Position numbers and translations under genes: made by a program. From NCBI GenBank assembly GCA_963776345.1, contig CAVZMH010000016.1:384001-448000 (forward strand): 64,000 nucleotides of DNA, given 5' to 3'. Within the stretch, counting starts at the first letter, position 1. Each line of letters opens with the position of its first letter. This stretch comes from an uncultured delta proteobacterium (GTDB taxonomy: Bacteria > Myxococcota > Myxococcia > Myxococcales > Myxococcaceae). The notes under the pieces are model-generated. The model worked only from the letters and a program-made list of their open reading frames with translations. It ran no database searches and had not been told where the DNA came from. This document shows positions 59,971 to 64,000 of the stretch, one piece after another.

Positions 59971-60405
59971 TCAGCCTCGCCCCGCGGAGGGCATCAGGAG
60001 CCGCGTGAACGGCCCCGCGTTGGCGAGCGTGGACCGCTGGGCCCACGACTTCACCGATTCGGTGAGCTGCGAGTAGACCGGGTGCAGCGGACACGGGTTC
60101 CTCAGGTCGCAGCTGGAGAACCCGAACGCGCACTCCTTGAGATCGAGCCACTCGTCGACCGCCTCGAGGATCTCCCCCAGGGAGATGTCCTCCGGCGGCC
60201 GGGCCAGCCGGAAGCCGCCGTGGTGGCCCTTCACGCTCACCAGCAGCTTCGCCTCCACCAGCCTGCGGAGGATCTTCGAGAGGTAGTCGGTCGGGACGCG
60301 CGAGGGCCCGGCCAGGTCACGGGTCCGGGCGGTCGCGCCGGGACCCAGCGCCGTCAGGACGGTCATCGCACGCAACGCGTACTGGGCGGTCTGCGACAGG
60401 ACCAC
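59971..60405 (-). CDS. Rrf2-family transcriptional regulator with three Cys
   Basis: QTAQYALRA, YLSKIL, KGHHGGFRL, CAFGFSSCDLRNPCPLH. Confidence 0.92.
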   Translation of the reverse strand: MVLSQTAQYALRAMTVLTALGPGATARTRDLAGPSRVPTDYLSKILRRLVEAKLLVSVKGHHGGFRLARPPEDISLGEILEAVDEWLDLKECAFGFSSCDLRNPCPLHPVYSQLTESVKSWAQRSTLANAGPFTRLLMPSAGRG

Positions 60406-60411
60406 GCGCGC

Positions 60412-60852
60412 TCAGCCGCCCTTGCACGCGGCGGGGGCCGCGCCGGCGTTGGAGAGGGTGCACCGCACCGCCGGAGCCGTGACCCCGCACATCTGGGCCA
60501 GCTTGGAGGCGATCGCCGTGACGCGGTCCTCCAGCTCGGACTGGACCGCCCTTTCCTTCGCGGCACCCGGCCACCGCGCGGTCACCTGCACCGTCGTGTC
60601 GCGCTCACCCGGCTTCATTTCCACCGCGAGCGTACCCGCGGGCACGATCGACGGATGGAGGAATTGCGGGCCGATCGTCCACCGCCGATCCTTCTCCACC
60701 CGCTTGGCCGACATCCCCAGCTCCTTGACCGCGTGGTCGAGGCAGGCATCGAGCTCACGGCTGACCGGAGTGGTCGCCTCCAGCGTGGTGCCGGCCGGGT
60801 CTCCCCCGGCGCCGGTTCCCAGGAGCAGCAGCATCAGTCCGAAGCCCGTCAT
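60412..60852 (-). CDS. Exported hypothetical protein
   Basis: Hydrophobic N-terminus, 4 Cys, tightly spaced between nosB and the Rrf2 gene. Confidence 0.6.
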   Translation of the reverse strand: MTGFGLMLLLLGTGAGGDPAGTTLEATTPVSRELDACLDHAVKELGMSAKRVEKDRRWTIGPQFLHPSIVPAGTLAVEMKPGERDTTVQVTARWPGAAKERAVQSELEDRVTAIASKLAQMCGVTAPAVRCTLSNAGAAPAACKGG

Positions 60853-60874
60853 GCGCGTCTCCTCGAGATGCCGC

Positions 60875-61534
60875 TCAACCGTGCACCGCTACCGCCGCGC
60901 CGGGCGCCAGCGAGGCGCGCGCCCGCTTCCGCCCCAGCACCAGGTGCCACACCGTGAGCGCGGCCACTCCCAGCCCGAAGGCCAGGAGAAGCCAGCTGCC
61001 CAGCTGGGGATAGGAGTAGGTCTCGAAGTTGGCCACCGTCCGGTGCCCGATGATGACCGGCATGAACGGCTGCACCTTCATCGGGGCGTGCGGATCGAGG
61101 TCGTGTCCGAACACCCAGAGCCGGTAGACGAAGCGCCCGAAGGCGAACAGCGAGACGTAGCCCGTCCCGACCAGCAGGTCGATCAGGTCACGCACGTTGC
61201 CCACCGCGGCCGCGCGCAGCGCCAGCAGCGCCATGGCGCCGAGGGCGAAGGGGAGCCAGTCGAGATCCGCCGACGCGGTCGCGTCGAGCCTGTGCATCCC
61301 GATGTAGTGGTTGAGGACGTTGATCTCCTTGATGTCCTGCCCGTCGTTGCCACCCGCGATCTTGTAAGCGTACACGTCCATCTTGAGGCCCTGCGGGTAC
61401 TGCGGCGCCACCATGGAGATGCGCCACAGCGGGGCGGTGAACGCCAGCACCAGCGGCACCACCAGCAGCGCCAGCGCGATCCGCGCCTTGAACATCATCG
61501 GCTGGTTGAGGAACTCGTAGAACTTGGTGAGCAT
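60875..61534 (-). CDS. nosB: NosB-like membrane protein of clade II nos clusters
   Basis: PLW.I...APQYPQGL...INVLNHYIGM...FGHDLDP.AP motif; 1-bp overlap with nosY. Confidence 0.78.
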   Translation of the reverse strand: MLTKFYEFLNQPMMFKARIALALLVVPLVLAFTAPLWRISMVAPQYPQGLKMDVYAYKIAGGNDGQDIKEINVLNHYIGMHRLDATASADLDWLPFALGAMALLALRAAAVGNVRDLIDLLVGTGYVSLFAFGRFVYRLWVFGHDLDPHAPMKVQPFMPVIIGHRTVANFETYSYPQLGSWLLLAFGLGVAALTVWHLVLGRKRARASLAPGAAVAVHG

Positions 61535-62382
61535 CAGACCAGGTCCGCCTTTCTGAAGTGGAGGCTCGCGCCGACCCAGGCCAGGACGCCGAAGACCCAG
61601 GGCCAGCTCACGCCGAGCAGGTAGAGCCACCCCGGGCCGATCCGGTTGGCGAGGTAGAAGCCGACCGGCCCGAGCACCGTCAGGTCCGGCGACGCCCCCG
61701 AGAGGAGCGCCATCCGCGCCGCCTGCACCGGGTTGAGCGAGGCCAGCAGGAAGACGGTGTACGGGTTGAGCCGCCACTGCAGCATCAGCCCCACCAGCCC
61801 GAAGTCCACCAGCACCACCGCGAAGGCCCACAGCACCAGCACCCAGCTCACCGCCCGCGCCTGGCTGCGGACCGCGGTGGAGACGGCGATCCCCAGCCCC
61901 ACGAAGGCCGCCACCAGCCCCGCGCAGATGGCCATGGACTGGAACACGAAGCCCCAGTTGACCTGCTGTCCGAAGGCGAACCGCCCGAGCAGCGCCATCA
62001 CCCCCATCAGCAGGGCGAGCGGCACCACCAGCACCGCGTACCGGGTGAGGGTGACGGCGAGGAAATACGAGCTCCGCCGGATGGGGTGGCTGAACAGCAG
62101 CTCCAGGGTGCCGTCCTCGCGGGCCCGGTTGATGACCTGCCCGGTCGCGGTCAACGCCAGGAGCGGCAGGAGCAGAAGCAGCGCGTGAACCATCGAGAGC
62201 AGCGCCCGCCCCATCCCCGAGAAGCCGACCACCATCGACTCGCGCATCCCGATGAAGACGAAGCCGGCCCCCAGCACCGCGTAGGTCAGCGCGCAGACGA
62301 GCATCCAGCGGGACCGGAGCACCTCGGCGAGCTCCAGCCGGCTCACCGCCCAGACCTCCTTGTGCAGCGTGACCGGCCTCAT
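61534..62382 (-). CDS. nosY: NosY-type ABC transporter permease
   Basis: REDGTLELLFSHPI, LNP, multiple TM helices; context. Confidence 0.85.
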   Translation of the reverse strand: MRPVTLHKEVWAVSRLELAEVLRSRWMLVCALTYAVLGAGFVFIGMRESMVVGFSGMGRALLSMVHALLLLLPLLALTATGQVINRAREDGTLELLFSHPIRRSSYFLAVTLTRYAVLVVPLALLMGVMALLGRFAFGQQVNWGFVFQSMAICAGLVAAFVGLGIAVSTAVRSQARAVSWVLVLWAFAVVLVDFGLVGLMLQWRLNPYTVFLLASLNPVQAARMALLSGASPDLTVLGPVGFYLANRIGPGWLYLLGVSWPWVFGVLAWVGASLHFRKADLV

Positions 62383-62846
62383 GAGCCACCCCGCTCGCTG
62401 CGCTTCGCCTTGACCCGCGCCGCTGCCTCTTCCCAGCTGATCGCTCCCGGCGTCCCGCGCTCGACCACGCCGAGGCCGAAGCCCATGGGCGTCTCGCCGA
62501 CGTCGACGAAGGCCGCGGACGCTCTGGGCACCCAGCGGTCCTCCCGGTAGGCCCGGAGCCACACCGCCCGGGGCTGCTCCCGCGACTCGTCCAGCCAGGT
62601 GATCAGGCACCCCGGATCGTCGAAGTCGAGCACCGAGCCGTCCGCCAGCTGCGCCTGGGCGGCGAGGCGCGGGTCACCCACCTGCATGTGGCAATGGGCG
62701 CAGGCCTCCTTGTCGTAGACGATCGGCACCGGTCCCTCGGGCCGCGCCTGCGAGCGCACCAGCAGACCGACGAAGGCCCCGGCGGCGGCCACCCCCACCG
62801 CGGCCAGCACCGGTCCCACCGGGAAGCGTCGGGCCCGCCCGGTCAC
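62379..62846 (-). CDS. nosL: NosL-type copper chaperone
   Basis: CxxCxM, FDDPGC, TPMGFG. Confidence 0.85.
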   Translation of the reverse strand: MTGRARRFPVGPVLAAVGVAAAGAFVGLLVRSQARPEGPVPIVYDKEACAHCHMQVGDPRLAAQAQLADGSVLDFDDPGCLITWLDESREQPRAVWLRAYREDRWVPRASAAFVDVGETPMGFGLGVVERGTPGAISWEEAAARVKAKRSERGGS

Positions 62847-63595
62847 GCTCCGCCTCCCTCGGCTGCGCAGAGGACGCACACGCCCGACCTCGGGGTGCGC
62901 ATGCGGAACGGCGACCGGCTCGCGAGGGCTCGAGCGGCCATCGCCGCCGCGTAGCCCGCGGCCGGTCCGTCGTAGCGGACCCGCCCCTCGTGGAGCGCCA
63001 GCACGTGGTCGGTCAGGTGCGAGACCTCCTCCAGCCGGTGGGAGCAGAGGATGAGGGTGGTGCTCGGCGGGAGCTCGGCGCACAGCTCGAGGAAGCGCCG
63101 GCGCGCGTCCTCGTCGAGGCTGGCCGTCGGCTCGTCCATCACCAGCAGCGACGGGCGGGCGGCGAAGGCGATCGCCAGGAGCAGCTTCTGCTTGGTGCCC
63201 CCGGACAGGGCCCGGAAGGGGCGACGGGCGATGGCCTTGAGGTCCACGGCGAGCCGGGTGGCCATCGCCTCCACCTCGCCGCGGTCCAGGCCGCGGGTGA
63301 GGCACACCACGTGGACCAGCTCGTTGACCGAGGCGCCCATCGCGGGCGCGACCTGGGGCACGTAGGCCAGCCGCCGCGCCAGCTCGACCCGGGACTCGTA
63401 GGGGTTCGGGCCGTCGATCCGCACCTCTCCCTCGCACTCGATCAACCCCAGGAGCGCGCGGATGAGGGTGGACTTGCCGCTGCCGTTCGGCCCGACCAGC
63501 GCCACCCGCCGCCCGCCGGGGATGGAGAGGTCGATGCCGCGCAGCGCCTCCACCTTCCCGAAGCGCTTCCTCGCGCCGCGGAGCTCAATCCGCAT
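62843..63595 (-). CDS. nosF: NosF-type ABC ATPase
   Basis: GPNGSGKST, LSGGTKQK, MDEPT. Confidence 0.88.
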   Translation of the reverse strand: MRIELRGARKRFGKVEALRGIDLSIPGGRRVALVGPNGSGKSTLIRALLGLIECEGEVRIDGPNPYESRVELARRLAYVPQVAPAMGASVNELVHVVCLTRGLDRGEVEAMATRLAVDLKAIARRPFRALSGGTKQKLLLAIAFAARPSLLVMDEPTASLDEDARRRFLELCAELPPSTTLILCSHRLEEVSHLTDHVLALHEGRVRYDGPAAGYAAAMAARALASRSPFRMRTPRSGVCVLCAAEGGGA

Positions 63596-64000
63596 CGGCC
63601 ACCTCGAGGTTCATGCGCGGAGCGGGATCGCGCAGGATGGGTTTGGGGGCGAACAGCGGCACCACCTCTCCCGCCACGCCCACCAGGGCGAGCGCGAGCG
63701 TGCCCCGGAGGAATGCGAGATCCGGGTGCCGGGCGGTGAGCGCGCCGGAGAGGTCCTTCAGCTCGTAGGGGAGATCGCCCACCCCGTCCCCGTCGAGGTC
63801 GTAGCCTGCGTAGTCGCTCCAGGCGTTGCCCTCCCAGCTCACCCCCAGCGCGTCGCCGCCGCGAGTCGACCCGCACCTGGACGGTGTTGTCGCGCAGGAC
63901 GTTCCGGCGGAACAGGTTGTCGTGCTCGCTGGAGAGGAAGCCGATCCCCACCTCGGAGAGCCGCACCACGTTGCGCTCGAAGACGTTCCGGTCGCCTTCC
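63585..64000 (-). CDS. nosD: NosD C-terminal part (gene starts beyond the window; frameshift near 63860)
   Basis: Beta-helix N-x-F-x-x-N repeats, GNAWSDYAGYDLDGDGVGDLPY, DPAP. Confidence 0.88.
   Translation of the reverse strand, partial: KATGTSSSATWCGSPRWGSASSPASTTTCSAGTSCATTPSRCGSTRGGDALGVSWEGNAWSDYAGYDLDGDGVGDLPYELKDLSGALTARHPDLAFLRGTLALALVGVAGEVVPLFAPKPILRDPAPRMNLEVADAD

Overview
Very GC-rich chromosomal window, most likely from a myxobacterium (Myxococcota). This is inferred from codon style, Cys-rich lipoproteins and gene content. No transposase, integrase, prophage or CRISPR array was seen. From left to right: (1) 3' part of citrate synthase, a Zn-ribbon/acidic-tail protein, pyruvate kinase and an outer-membrane-type protein. 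(2) An ~19 kb anaerobic-energy block: pyruvate:ferredoxin oxidoreductase (nifJ) with a dihydroorotate-dehydrogenase-like flavoprotein, a divergent hemerythrin-like gene, and one tightly coupled operon korA-korB-ferritin-like-nuoA-nuoBC(fused)-D-H-I-J-K-L-M-N, i.e. a complex I homologue with no NADH-input module (no nuoEFG). (3) A classical menaquinone cluster (menFDHBACE, polyprenyl synthase, GbsR/MarR-type regulator; divergent aroF-menG) carrying two copies of a GTTCAAG-N4-CTTGAAC palindrome that look like the regulator's operators. (4) A housekeeping backbone (carA, pyrC, pyrB, lepB, lepA, sugar epimerases, SPOR, lapB, HIT, sppA, mnmA, cca, mlaC). (5) Small accessory genes around tRNA-Arg(CCT). 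(6) The distal end of a clade II-type nos cluster (nosD-F-L-Y-B, Rrf2). Five genes have frameshifts that most likely reflect sequencing indels. All product calls come from recognised motifs and gene context; no database search was run.
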